64,000 nucleotides of DNA, taken from NCBI GenBank assembly GCA_945861645.1, contig CAMAVZ010000006.1, positions 9,758-73,757 on the forward strand. The letters run 5' to 3'. Every line of letters begins with the position of its first letter. Position 1 is the stretch's first letter. Below are positions 20,081-30,245 of the stretch, in pieces. Made by a program: the position numbers and the translations under genes. The DNA is from Opitutus sp. GAS368 (lineage in GTDB: Bacteria > Verrucomicrobiota > Verrucomicrobiia > Opitutales > Opitutaceae). The notes beneath the pieces were generated by a model. It was given only the letters and a program-made list of their open reading frames with translations, was not told the origin of the DNA and did no database searches.

Positions 20081-20173
20081 AAGCTTCAGTTGCAGGCCGC
20101 GCTGCTCTTGGGCGCTGGGGTCATCCTATTTTTGCTCCCACGGGAACTCCGAGCCAGGGAAAAATCAGTATGA
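19979..20173 (+). pseudogene. Internally deleted MFS transporter (ACS/tartrate-type)
   Basis: N-terminal KVAWRLMP..LCYFFAYFDRINISFAKLQ joined in frame to a terminal TM helix; ATGA-coupled to the CoA transferase. Confidence 0.8.
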
Positions 20174-21408
20174 AATCGGACGCACAGCCCGGCTCGCCCC
20201 CCCCTGCCCTATCGTCCCACGCTCAGGCCCTCGCGGGCGTGCGGGTGGTGGAGATAGGCCAGCTGATTGCAGGTCCTTTTGTCGGCAAAACCTTGGGCGA
20301 CTTCGGCGCCGATGTCATCAAGATTGAGCCTCCCCTCAACGGCGATCCCCTCCGACAGTGGCGCCTCCTGAAAGACGGCACGTCCTTGTGGTGGCAGGTG
20401 CAGTCACGCAATAAACAATCACTCGCCCTCGATGTGCGGACCGCCCAAGGCCAGGAAATCGCCCGGCGGCTCATCGGCGAGTGCGATGTGTTGATTGAGA
20501 ATTTTCGGCCCGGCACGATGGAGAAATGGGGGCTTGGTTGGGATGTGCTCCAAGCCATCAACCCCGGCCTGATCATGCTGCGGATTTCCGGTTATGGACA
20601 GACGGGGCCCTATCGCGATCTTCCAAGCTTCGGATCCATCGGGGAAGCCATGGGCGGTCTGCGCCACCTCACGGGCCAACCGGGACAGATTCCTGTGCGC
20701 TGCGGCATCTCCATCGGCGACACGCTAGCTGCCCTGCACGGCACCATCGGGGTGCTGATGGCCTTGCACCACCGCAAGGTCAACGGCGGTGCCGGCCAAG
20801 TCATCGATGTAGCCTTACACGAGTCGGTCTTCAACACCATGGAAAGCCTGCTGCCCGAATACAGCATGTTTGGCGAAGTGCGTTCGCCCGCCGGAAGCGC
20901 CTTGCCCGGCATCGCCCCCTCCAATGCCTACCGTTGTCGAGACGGGGTGGTGCTGATTGCCGGAAATGGTGATGCAATTTTTAGCCGCCTGATGACGGTG
21001 ATCGGCCGCGAGGATCTGGGCCATCGTCCCGACCTCGCCGACAATCAAGGGCGAGTCAAAGCGGTCGCCGAACTCGACCAGGCAATCGGCGATTGGACCG
21101 AGCAGCAAAGCGTCACCGAGGTCCTCGCGCAGATGAGCGCGGCCAGTGTGCCGGCCGGAAGAATCTACGATATTGCAGACATCGCGCAGGACCCGCACTA
21201 TCGGGCGCGCGACATGATTCTCAAACAACGCACGCGCCAGGGATTCGACGTCGAGGTGCCGGGCATCGTGCCGAAGCTCCTCTCCACCCCGGGCGCCATC
21301 CACTCACCGGCACCCGTGCTCGGCGAGCACACCGAGGGAATTCTTCACGGACTCGGGTTCACTCAGGAACAGCAAGAGCAACTCAAAGCCGAAGGAGTCA
21401 TCGCATGA
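20170..21408 (+). CDS. CaiB/BaiF family III CoA-transferase
   Basis: IAGPF..LGDFGADVIKIE, RNKQSL, ENFRPG, ISGYGQTGPY, IGD. Confidence 0.95.
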   Translation: MKSDAQPGSPPPALSSHAQALAGVRVVEIGQLIAGPFVGKTLGDFGADVIKIEPPLNGDPLRQWRLLKDGTSLWWQVQSRNKQSLALDVRTAQGQEIARRLIGECDVLIENFRPGTMEKWGLGWDVLQAINPGLIMLRISGYGQTGPYRDLPSFGSIGEAMGGLRHLTGQPGQIPVRCGISIGDTLAALHGTIGVLMALHHRKVNGGAGQVIDVALHESVFNTMESLLPEYSMFGEVRSPAGSALPGIAPSNAYRCRDGVVLIAGNGDAIFSRLMTVIGREDLGHRPDLADNQGRVKAVAELDQAIGDWTEQQSVTEVLAQMSAASVPAGRIYDIADIAQDPHYRARDMILKQRTRQGFDVEVPGIVPKLLSTPGAIHSPAPVLGEHTEGILHGLGFTQEQQEQLKAEGVIA

Positions 21409-22442
21409 GCCCGTGGTGCGGCCAGGGACGGGAGATCCACGTGCAGGAGGTGGCGCTGCGCGACGGTTTGCAAAGCGAGGCCGGCTTCATGTCCACGGAG
21501 AACAAGATCGCGCTTGCAGACCGGCTCACAGCGAGCGGAATCAAGAAGATCGAAGTCAGTTCGTTTGTTTCTCTCCGTGCGGTCCCGCAACTGGCCGACG
21601 CGGAGGCGGTCTTCCGAGGCATCACCCGTCGTCCCGGTGTGATTTACGCGGCATTGGTGCCCAACGTCCGCGGGATGGAGCGGGCCATCGCCGCCCGGGC
21701 CGATGAAGTGAACCTCGTGATGTCGGCCAGCGAGAGCCACAATCGCGCGAATCTGCGCATGGCGGGCGAAGCCTCGTTTCAAGCTATCAAGGAGGCCGCC
21801 GCTCTCGCCGCCTCGACGGGAATGCGGGTCGCCGCGTCGCTTTCGTGCAGCTTCGGCTGCCCGTTCGAAGGCGAGATTCCAGCCGCCACGATCCTGATGT
21901 GGTGCCGACGGCTGCAGGAGGAGGCGGGTATCCGTTCGATCAGCCTGTGCGACACGACCGGCATGGCCTATCCGGCGCTCGTCCACGATCTGGTCGGGCT
22001 CGTCCGCCAATCATCGCCGGAGGTAAACCTCACGCTTCATTTCCACAACACGCGGGGACTCAGCCTGGCCAACGTGTTCGCGGGGCTCGATGCCGGTGTG
22101 ATCCACTTTGACGCCGCCTTGGCCGGGATCGGCGGATGCCCGTATGCTCCAGGCGCCACCGGAAACATCTGCACCGAAGATCTAATCCACGCGCTAGAGG
22201 TTTCCGGCTACCGGTGCGGCGTCGATCTGGATGCGTTGATCGAGACGGCCAGAGATTTGGAAAAACTCCTCGGCCACCCGACGCCGGGCCAAGTGATGAA
22301 GGCGGGCCGGCGACTGCGAGGGCATCTCACCGACCAGCACGGTCCCGTGCACCAGAAGCCTATCTCAGACGGACTCGCAATCGCGTTAACGGACGCCGAG
22401 GTTCACTGTTCGCCGACAGTGTTCCCCCTGCCTCGCGTTTAA
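21405..22442 (+). CDS. Hydroxymethylglutaryl-CoA lyase family protein
   Basis: EVALRDGLQ, DTTG, HFHNTRG, GGCPYAPGATGN; ATGA overlap gives start 21405. Confidence 0.93.
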   Translation: MSPWCGQGREIHVQEVALRDGLQSEAGFMSTENKIALADRLTASGIKKIEVSSFVSLRAVPQLADAEAVFRGITRRPGVIYAALVPNVRGMERAIAARADEVNLVMSASESHNRANLRMAGEASFQAIKEAAALAASTGMRVAASLSCSFGCPFEGEIPAATILMWCRRLQEEAGIRSISLCDTTGMAYPALVHDLVGLVRQSSPEVNLTLHFHNTRGLSLANVFAGLDAGVIHFDAALAGIGGCPYAPGATGNICTEDLIHALEVSGYRCGVDLDALIETARDLEKLLGHPTPGQVMKAGRRLRGHLTDQHGPVHQKPISDGLAIALTDAEVHCSPTVFPLPRV

Positions 22443-22483
22443 GCCTGCCTTGGTTCCTCTGAGCCCGCCCAACCACCCTCGCT

Positions 22484-24010
22484 ATGACTACTGCACCCGC
22501 CGTTTCCAGAGTCCGCCTTGTCGGCCTGTTTTCCGGCTTTATCGTTTTCGCTGTCCTACTCTGGGGCTGGGGTGGGCCGGCGGATCGCCCGCTCGCCGGC
22601 GCGATGGCCGCCGTCGCCGCGCTCATGTCGATCTGGTGGATGACCGAGGCCGTGCCGCTGGCTGTCACCTCCTTGCTGCCGCTGGTGCTATTTCCGCTCC
22701 TCGGGCTCGGCGATGTGCGCCGCACACCGCAGAACTATTTCAACGAGATTATCGTCCTCTATCTTGGCGGTTTCTTCATCGCGCTCGCGATGGAGCAATG
22801 GCGGCTCCACCAACGCATCGCTCTCGGCCTCCTCAACCGCATGGGTTCGAGCCCGGGTTCCGTCTTGGGCGGGTTCCTCCTCGCGACTTCCCTGTTGTCA
22901 ATGTGGATTTCCAACACCGCCACCGCGATGATGATGCTCCCCATCGGCATGGCGGTCGTCCTCAAGCTCGAAGACACCTTTGGCGCCGATCGTGCCCGCC
23001 CGCTCGCCCTCGGCCTGATGCTCGCCATCGCCTACGGTTGCTCGCTCGGCGGCATGGCCACGCTCGTCGGCACGCCGACGAACCTGGTGTTCCTGAAAAT
23101 CTACCGCGACATGTTTCCCTCCGCCCCGCCGGTCGCCTTCGGCGAGTGGATGTTCTACGCCACTCCGCTGGCCGCCATCTTGCTGGCCGCCACCTGGTTC
23201 CTCCTCGCGCGCGTCTTCTGCCGCTGCGATGCCGCGCTCCGGCTTGATCGCTCCGTCGTCCGGGCTGAACTCGACCGCCTTGGCCCGATGCGCTTCGAGG
23301 AAAAAGTCGTCGGCACGCTCTTCATGGTAGTGGCTCTCCTTTGGGTTTTCCGCAGCGACCTTAACATCGGCGTTGCCACCATCCCCGGCTGGAGCCGGCT
23401 GCATCCTGCGCTTGCCGCCCTGGATGACGGTTCTGCCGGACTGCTTGTTGCCCTCTTACTTTTCTTCATTCCGTCTCGCTCCGAACCCGGCCGCGCGCTG
23501 CTCGACGGCGGAACTTTCGCCAAGATTCCGTGGGATGTCTTGTTGCTACTCGGCGGCGGCTTCGCCTTGGCCTCCGGCTTTGTTCCCAGCGGACTTTCCG
23601 AATACCTAGCCAAAGTTCTGCGCGACTTCGGCAATCTGCCGGCTTTCGCGATTCTCGTCCTCGTTTGCCTGCTCATCACCTTCCTCTCGGAGCTCACGTC
23701 CAACGTCGCCACCGCCACCATGTTTCTTCCGGTGATCGCCGCTTGGGCCGTGGCCGAGCACATCAACCCACTCATGCTGATGATCCCCGCCACCATTGCG
23801 GCTTCGATGGGCTTCATGCTCCCGGTCGCCACGCCGCCCAACGCCATTGTCTTCACGAGCCGGCGCGTCCGCATTGCCGATATGGCCCGCGTCGGCCTGG
23901 CGCTCAATCTCATCGGCGTCATCGTCATCTCGGTCTATTCTCAGTATATCCTGCCGCTGATTTTGCGTTTCGACCCGACCATCCTCCCCGCTTGGGCCGT
24001 ATCGAAGTGA
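22484..24010 (+). CDS. SLC13/DASS family sodium:dicarboxylate/sulfate symporter
   Basis: WWMTEAVP, SMWISNTAT, GTPTN, SNVAT, PVATPPNAIV. Confidence 0.93.
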   Translation: MTTAPAVSRVRLVGLFSGFIVFAVLLWGWGGPADRPLAGAMAAVAALMSIWWMTEAVPLAVTSLLPLVLFPLLGLGDVRRTPQNYFNEIIVLYLGGFFIALAMEQWRLHQRIALGLLNRMGSSPGSVLGGFLLATSLLSMWISNTATAMMMLPIGMAVVLKLEDTFGADRARPLALGLMLAIAYGCSLGGMATLVGTPTNLVFLKIYRDMFPSAPPVAFGEWMFYATPLAAILLAATWFLLARVFCRCDAALRLDRSVVRAELDRLGPMRFEEKVVGTLFMVVALLWVFRSDLNIGVATIPGWSRLHPALAALDDGSAGLLVALLLFFIPSRSEPGRALLDGGTFAKIPWDVLLLLGGGFALASGFVPSGLSEYLAKVLRDFGNLPAFAILVLVCLLITFLSELTSNVATATMFLPVIAAWAVAEHINPLMLMIPATIAASMGFMLPVATPPNAIVFTSRRVRIADMARVGLALNLIGVIVISVYSQYILPLILRFDPTILPAWAVSK

Positions 24011-24175
24011 GCGGGGAGGCTAGCCTGAACGAGTCATGCCTTGACTCGTCACAAGTGAAAAAGGCGCGCCGGCGACTCCGCGAGCATCTCGCCGACCAGC
24101 CCGGTCCGGTGGCCCGAAACTTACCTCAGGCAGGTTCTCAACTGCGCCCACGCGCTGGTCCCCCTTTTTTCCGGC

Positions 24176-25651
24176 TTACTTCTGCTCCCGGTAGACCACT
24201 CGTCCATCCACGTCGTGCAGGCGAAGCTCAAAACTCGCTCCAGTGGCCGTGGGCGTGACGACGCCGGAGAGGAATCCGCCCTGCCCGGTGCGCAGAAAGC
24301 GATGCTCAGGCCGCGGCGTCTTTTCCTCCCAACCGCCGGCATGGGAGGCGCTTGACGGACCGATGCTCCACTCATTGACCGAGGTCACGGGGTCCACCGA
24401 GACATACTGCCAGTGCCGATCCCCGGTGATTACGGTGAGATTGGGGTAGCGTGCCAACAACTCGCGAATCTCTTTCCCCTCCACCGCGAAGCCGGCATTG
24501 GCGTAGTTGTCGTCCTTGTTGCTGCGGTCCGGGCCCACCACAGGCACGGTGGTGAGGATCACACGGAACGTGGCAGTGGAAGCGGCCAGCGTTTCGCCGA
24601 GCCACTTGATTTGCTCGCGGCCCCAGAGGGTCGGCGCGGGCGTCCGGTTTTCCGCCCAATCCGGAGTGCGATAGTCCCGCCCCTCCATCAGCCACACCTG
24701 CAAATCACGCCCCCAGCGGAAGGTCCGATTGGCGATCTCCGGCAGCCCAGTCTGTTCCCGGAATATTTTCACGCCGCCCGCGTAGGTCAGCTCCCCGCTC
24801 CGCGTTGCCGGACCGCAGTCGTTCGACAGGATATCATGGTCATCCTTCATGAAGAAGCTGCTAAAGTTTCGGTGAAAATCTCGCAGGGTCGGCAAGGCGT
24901 ACATCCGCGCCCAATGGTAACGGGCCAACGCCGGCGTGAGCGCGATGACCGGGCCATGATCATAATAGACGGCATCCCCGGTATTCACAAAAAAATCCGG
25001 CTGCAACTCTCCCATCGCGGGATAAATCGCCAAGCCGTCGGGACGATCCAAGTGTTCATATTGCTGGCAAGTCATGACACAAAATGTGACAGGCGCGCGT
25101 TGCTCCGGCAGGGGCGCGGTGTTAAATCCTCCCACCTGCTCATCGGGCTGGTTGTCATTCGCCTCCAGTCGCGCCTGCACCACGAGTTCGTAGCGCGCTG
25201 CCGGGATGAGCGCCGACAGGGCATGCACGACGATTCCATCCTGCGGCGGACCGGCCTGCTGCCATGGCGTCTCAGACCAATCGGTCTCCCCTTTCTGCCG
25301 ATAGCGCACCCGCGTCTGGCCGGAAGCGGCGGATGCTCCACCGGCGGCCTGGTGGAGGCCCATCCCCTCGGGCATGTGAATCGTGATGCGAGTGTCTGGA
25401 AACGCCCGGTTCTCGCGCAACGCCACAAGCTTGCCCGTCTTTGCATCGGAAGCCTCAACCCGAGGCAAAGGCGCATCGGCCGGATTGGCCGCTGCGCGCT
25501 GCGTGACGCGGGTCCAAACATCAACGCCCGTCGGCGTAATATTGACGACCTTGAAGCCGGTGGCCTGATGCACCGGCACACCCCACATCGCTCCGGCTAG
25601 CCACAGGGGCAGTGCGAGCAGAAACGGAAGCCGGAATTTCACCCTGGTCAT
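24176..25651 (-). CDS. PhoD-family alkaline phosphatase/phosphodiesterase
   Basis: GDAVYYD, KDDHD, GDRHW metal motifs, FN3-like N-domain, signal peptide. Confidence 0.85.
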   Translation of the reverse strand: MTRVKFRLPFLLALPLWLAGAMWGVPVHQATGFKVVNITPTGVDVWTRVTQRAAANPADAPLPRVEASDAKTGKLVALRENRAFPDTRITIHMPEGMGLHQAAGGASAASGQTRVRYRQKGETDWSETPWQQAGPPQDGIVVHALSALIPAARYELVVQARLEANDNQPDEQVGGFNTAPLPEQRAPVTFCVMTCQQYEHLDRPDGLAIYPAMGELQPDFFVNTGDAVYYDHGPVIALTPALARYHWARMYALPTLRDFHRNFSSFFMKDDHDILSNDCGPATRSGELTYAGGVKIFREQTGLPEIANRTFRWGRDLQVWLMEGRDYRTPDWAENRTPAPTLWGREQIKWLGETLAASTATFRVILTTVPVVGPDRSNKDDNYANAGFAVEGKEIRELLARYPNLTVITGDRHWQYVSVDPVTSVNEWSIGPSSASHAGGWEEKTPRPEHRFLRTGQGGFLSGVVTPTATGASFELRLHDVDGRVVYREQK

Positions 25652-25664
25652 GAGCTACCGGGCA

Positions 25665-28600
25665 TCAATGCGACAGGTTCACGCCGAAGGTCCACAGTGA
25701 GCCGTACCTGGTCGTTTGAGAAAACCGCGCGTGACTGGGTGTGCTTGGGCCGTAAATTTCTGTCGTCGCGCCTTGATCGGTGACGTTGCGGAGGTTGGCA
25801 TACATCGAAAGGTTCTTGCGGATGTTGAATTCAGCGATGACGTCGACGAATGTGGACGGCGGCTGCCAGTTATATGTACCGGGCTCAATGCTCCGGCCCG
25901 ACGCCACCGCATTGAGCTGCGTGCGGCCGCGATAGTTTAAATTCGCACGCAGGTTATATTTTGCGCGCGTCAAGCTAATGCCTGCGCTGCCGCTGCGCGG
26001 AATATAGCCAGCAAAATTGCCGCCCGTGTCGCCAACTGCCCGCTGCGCGGTACCGTTGGCAAAGACCTCGAAGCCGCGCGCCCAATCGGGGAGAAAGGTG
26101 AGGCTTTGGCGATAATTCAGGCTGACGCCCTCGAAGCGCACGGTGCCTGGAATGTTATATTGGGTAGATACACCGTAGCGGCCATAGACGTTCGCATCGA
26201 GGCCGTAGAATCCAAGGAATTCGGGGGTAGCAGTCTGCACGGTGCTGCCAAAGAAATTCCGCACGTCGCGGCGAAAGGCCGCCACCGAGACAACTCCGAC
26301 TCCTTGAAAATAATGCTCCAGGCGCAAGACGAGCGACTTGGCGGCCCACGGATTGATGTCGACGTTGTTGACCACAATTCGATTGGTTGCGCTGTCGCCG
26401 ACACTGGTATCCGGCAGGGTCAAGCCGCCAGAATATTGATTGTAGTCGGGCCGACCGATGGACTCGTATGCGGCGAGGCGCGCAATCAAGTTCTCACGGA
26501 TCGCATAACTAGCGTTGAGGCTGGGAAAGAGCTTCTGGTAATCTTTGTCGACCTTTGAGCCGCGCTCGATGCCATTCACGCTTCTCTTGATGTCAAATAG
26601 CGGGCCCTTGGCGTGAATCGTAGTTTTTTCACCGCGCACGCCGACCACGATCTTGAGTCGTTGTTCGAGGAGTTCGAAGTCCGTGCGCAGGTAAGGCGCC
26701 AGCACCTGCTCCCGAGCAAACTTGGAGGTCGCCACTCGGTTGCGCGCAATTGTGTTGGCGTTGGTGGTGAAATAAGTCGGTTGCAAGGTATAGTGCTGCC
26801 ACACGAGACGATCACTGGGCGCCTGGGAGGCCGAAAAGCCGTAGGGCATCACGCGCTGCGAAAACACTGGATCAATAAAAGGCGCTAGCGAATCATCACC
26901 CGTGACGGGCGTGGTGCTACCGACGCGGTCCGCTCCAACGTAATTATACGTAGCAGAGTCGTCTGTGATGTCGCGGATCCCTTCCTGGAGATTGAAGCCC
27001 GCCTTCAGCGTGATCGGGATTTTTGCATAGAATTTTCGACTCACGCTGCCATAGGCAGTCTTTTGCGTGTCCTCGGTCGCATTGCGTTGAGTCGTAGCCG
27101 AAGTGAGGGCATAGTTGGAGATGAGATAGGGATTCACGTCAACGCCAGCCGCATTCTTCACCGTGATCGTGCCGGGCCGCAGGTAGCTGATGTCGTCGAA
27201 CGAGATGGTCAGGCCGCTACGAATCGCATTCACCGCGCGGAAGTATCCCTTGTCGATGTCGTGGTTTTCGTCCCGCGCCGAAGAGTAGCCCACGCCGAGG
27301 TCGGCCTTCCAATCCGTCCCCTGATGCTTCCACACCATGGTGGGCATAACAGTGCGATTGAAACGATTTCTCTCGTTATGGATCATTGAGACGTTACCCG
27401 CCCCGACCACTCCGCGGACCGCTGTGGGGGAGAAGCCGCCGGCTTGGACCGCGCCGGGGTTGAACGTCAGCGAATGCAGCACGAACTGCACATCGAAAGA
27501 GGAATACAGGTAGCCGATGGAAATGCGATCGTTGGCCGATAGCTTGAAATCAAAGGAGCCGGCCAGCGAACGGCGCGTCGTGATCTTGGGCTGATCTTCC
27601 ACGCGATAGGATGATAGATAGGGCAGCGCAGATGAAGTATCGGGGAAAGTCGTGCCGTTGGTGGCCACACCGGTGCCGCGCCACGTCGCCTGCGAGCGAT
27701 CCTGCGCAGAATAGCTGGTAGAGTCGCCCGCGGAAATCGAGTAACCAAATTTCTTGTTCACTGGCACCGTGTAGGAGAAGTCGAAGCCAGGATAAACGTT
27801 GCGCGATGGGCCGGGTTGCGCTCCAGGCACCTTGGCGAAGCTCAGCGCATTGTCCCGCATGCTAAGGTAGACATTGGCCTGAAAGAAGGGCTTGGTGCGC
27901 TCCAAGGAACTGCGTGTGACCATATTAACCGTGCCCGCCAGTGCGGAGGCCGGAGATTCGGGCGTGGGGCTATTCAGCACCTCAATGCGCGAGAGATTGT
28001 TGATTGAAACCATGTCCGCCATCACAGTGCGGTTCGTCTTGCCGCCGTCGGCGGAGGCGAGGTTGAAATTGTCGATGGTGATCGGCACGTAGTCGGACGG
28101 GGCGCCATCGATCGAGATTCCCCGAGCATTGCCGCCCGTGTAGCTGATCGTGATGCCGGGAAGAAATTTCAGAAACTCGGCGGTGTTACCCTCAGCGACG
28201 TTGCCAAATTGCTCCGTCGACACGACCTGCTTGATATTGGGGGCGAAACGCTGCTCGTTAATCGCTAAGGCCGAGGCGTCCATTTCACGGGACGTTGTGA
28301 CCTGAAATTTGGCCAACTGAAGAACAGCGTCGCTCTTGGGTTGCACGCCAAGCGTGATATTGAGCTCAGTGGCCTGGCCCACCGCAATCTCGGCGAGGCG
28401 CAGGTCGCGGCCCAGGCCAGTGTAAAACGTCACTACCGTCACCTTGCCGGCCGGGACCTGCGCCAGGCGAAAGTTACCCTCTGCGTCGCTGAGGGCGGAG
28501 AGAGCGGTGCCTTCGATCGTAATGCGGGCGCCCTCGACATACATGGCACTGCGCTCGTTAAGCACCCGCCCCTGCAAAGTGCCGGTGCTTTCAATTTTGG

Positions 28601-29078
28601 CCGGTGTCTGAGCCTGGACCGAGGAGAGCGAGAGGGCAAGCCACGCTCCGATTGTTCTGAGGACATTATTTTTCTTCATAGGGGTATTTTCGGAAGTTTT
28701 GGTCATTTTCAGTGAGGGGATTGGTTTGGCTTTTGCAGCGGGTGGCTCGTCGCCCGCGAGCCGATTTACCATCAAAGCCCCTGTCTGCGCATCTTCTGCG
28801 ACGACTAGTCCGGTATCGGCGACGAGGCGGGTGAGCGCCTCCCGCACGGTATATTCGCCGCGGACGGCATTGGTCGTCACGCCGCGGACGGCATCGACCA
28901 AAAACACCACCTGCCGACTGGACTCATCCGCGAAGCGCTTCAGGGTGAGCACGGCATCGCCGCGGGATATATCGTAGTTCGCCCGCGTATCCTCACCGGC
29001 CTGCAGCGGCGCGATCGCGCAGGCCAAGGAACATGCCGCAAATGCCGCAACGGAGCCGGTTGGTATCAGGGGTTTCAT
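25665..29078 (-). CDS. TonB-dependent receptor/transducer with STN and carboxypeptidase-regulatory-like domains
   Basis: Signal peptide from ATG 29078, STN-like domain, plug (AEFLKFLPG, RIEV), beta-barrel, C-terminal WTFGVNLSH. Confidence 0.92.
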   Translation of the reverse strand: MKPLIPTGSVAAFAACSLACAIAPLQAGEDTRANYDISRGDAVLTLKRFADESSRQVVFLVDAVRGVTTNAVRGEYTVREALTRLVADTGLVVAEDAQTGALMVNRLAGDEPPAAKAKPIPSLKMTKTSENTPMKKNNVLRTIGAWLALSLSSVQAQTPAKIESTGTLQGRVLNERSAMYVEGARITIEGTALSALSDAEGNFRLAQVPAGKVTVVTFYTGLGRDLRLAEIAVGQATELNITLGVQPKSDAVLQLAKFQVTTSREMDASALAINEQRFAPNIKQVVSTEQFGNVAEGNTAEFLKFLPGITISYTGGNARGISIDGAPSDYVPITIDNFNLASADGGKTNRTVMADMVSINNLSRIEVLNSPTPESPASALAGTVNMVTRSSLERTKPFFQANVYLSMRDNALSFAKVPGAQPGPSRNVYPGFDFSYTVPVNKKFGYSISAGDSTSYSAQDRSQATWRGTGVATNGTTFPDTSSALPYLSSYRVEDQPKITTRRSLAGSFDFKLSANDRISIGYLYSSFDVQFVLHSLTFNPGAVQAGGFSPTAVRGVVGAGNVSMIHNERNRFNRTVMPTMVWKHQGTDWKADLGVGYSSARDENHDIDKGYFRAVNAIRSGLTISFDDISYLRPGTITVKNAAGVDVNPYLISNYALTSATTQRNATEDTQKTAYGSVSRKFYAKIPITLKAGFNLQEGIRDITDDSATYNYVGADRVGSTTPVTGDDSLAPFIDPVFSQRVMPYGFSASQAPSDRLVWQHYTLQPTYFTTNANTIARNRVATSKFAREQVLAPYLRTDFELLEQRLKIVVGVRGEKTTIHAKGPLFDIKRSVNGIERGSKVDKDYQKLFPSLNASYAIRENLIARLAAYESIGRPDYNQYSGGLTLPDTSVGDSATNRIVVNNVDINPWAAKSLVLRLEHYFQGVGVVSVAAFRRDVRNFFGSTVQTATPEFLGFYGLDANVYGRYGVSTQYNIPGTVRFEGVSLNYRQSLTFLPDWARGFEVFANGTAQRAVGDTGGNFAGYIPRSGSAGISLTRAKYNLRANLNYRGRTQLNAVASGRSIEPGTYNWQPPSTFVDVIAEFNIRKNLSMYANLRNVTDQGATTEIYGPSTPSHARFSQTTRYGSLWTFGVNLSH

Positions 29079-29104
29079 CAAAGGGTACAATGAGAGCACG
29101 CTTA

Positions 29105-29133
29105 AGACGCAACGCCGGGCTAAACGGGTTATC
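29105..29133 (-). promoter_or_regulatory. Putative ECF promoter copy 2 (TonB receptor)
   Basis: GATAACC-CGTTTAGCCCGGCGTTG-CGTCT on minus strand, 26 nt upstream of ATG 29078. Confidence 0.7.
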
Positions 29134-29171
29134 GGCGCTCGCATAATTTTTCGCCAAAAGTGGCGAGTGTC

Positions 29172-30245
29172 CTAGCGTGCCCCACGCAAGACCACCGTCG
29201 CTTCATCGCGACGCTCGACCACGATCGTACCGCTACTCTCAAGCAGGCGGACAAAACCATCGACATTGTCGGCGGCGAAGGTGCCGCCCACCGGACGCTC
29301 GGCAACGGCGGCGTCGCCGAAAAGGATTTGGAGGCGGTTTCGTCGGTTAAATTGGGCGACAACTTCGCGCAGCGGCGTTTCAGAAAACACGAATTTCCTT
29401 TCCTGCCAGGAAAGGACCGCGCGTAGCGCTTCGGGCGTGATCCTCTCGACGACCGGCGCGGGCGGAGCAGATGCGGCGATTTTAGCCGGTGTGAAAACGA
29501 GGAGGGTGCGCTCATTCGCCGTGAGCAGCAGAGGATTGCCAATCGTCAGCAGGCCGGCTTTCCCCTCGCCTTCGCTGCGCGAAGCCCCTGCGTCAGAGAC
29601 CGTCACCTTGCCTTCGGTCACGAGCACTTCGACCGCGGTAGACGCGAGTCGGACGTTGAACGCCGTGCCGACTGCGCGCACGGCCACGCCGCGAGTAGAG
29701 ACAATGAACGGCCGCGACCCATCGTGGGCGACGCTGAAGTGCGCCTCGCCCTGCACAAGCGTGACACGACGTTCATTCGGCAACAAAACGACGCGGACTT
29801 CCGAGTTGGCGTTGAGTTCGACCACCGAGCCATCGAGGAGGACGACGCGCTCGTAGCCACCGACGGAGGTTGTGTAGAGCAGCGCGGATCGTTCCGGGTG
29901 GCCCCACTGCCACCAGCCGAAAGCCGCGAGTGCGAGTACTGCGGCGAATGCAGAGGCGACCCGCCAGAGCGGAACTTTCCGTTCTGGCCGCCCCGCGACC
30001 CGCATGGCGCGGGCTGCAACGGGAAATTCGATCACCGGCTGTAATTCTTTCCGCACAAGCGGAATTTTTTCCAGCCACGCACACGCCGCTTCCAAACGCG
30101 CGATCGCGGCGGCGTGCCGCCCGTCCGCCCGGCACCACCGCTCGAATTCACGCTTCTGGGCGGTCGAAAATCCATCGGCTCGCTCCGCCAGCCAGGTCGA
30201 TGCGACCTCTTCGATCGGATCTTCGTGATCAAGTGAATTGCTCAT
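29172..30245 (-). CDS. FecR family anti-sigma factor
   Basis: N-terminal ASTWL..FERW..HAAA, single TM, LLDGSVVELN, GEAHFSVAHD, VGTAFNV. Confidence 0.93.
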   Translation of the reverse strand: MSNSLDHEDPIEEVASTWLAERADGFSTAQKREFERWCRADGRHAAAIARLEAACAWLEKIPLVRKELQPVIEFPVAARAMRVAGRPERKVPLWRVASAFAAVLALAAFGWWQWGHPERSALLYTTSVGGYERVVLLDGSVVELNANSEVRVVLLPNERRVTLVQGEAHFSVAHDGSRPFIVSTRGVAVRAVGTAFNVRLASTAVEVLVTEGKVTVSDAGASRSEGEGKAGLLTIGNPLLLTANERTLLVFTPAKIAASAPPAPVVERITPEALRAVLSWQERKFVFSETPLREVVAQFNRRNRLQILFGDAAVAERPVGGTFAADNVDGFVRLLESSGTIVVERRDEATVVLRGAR

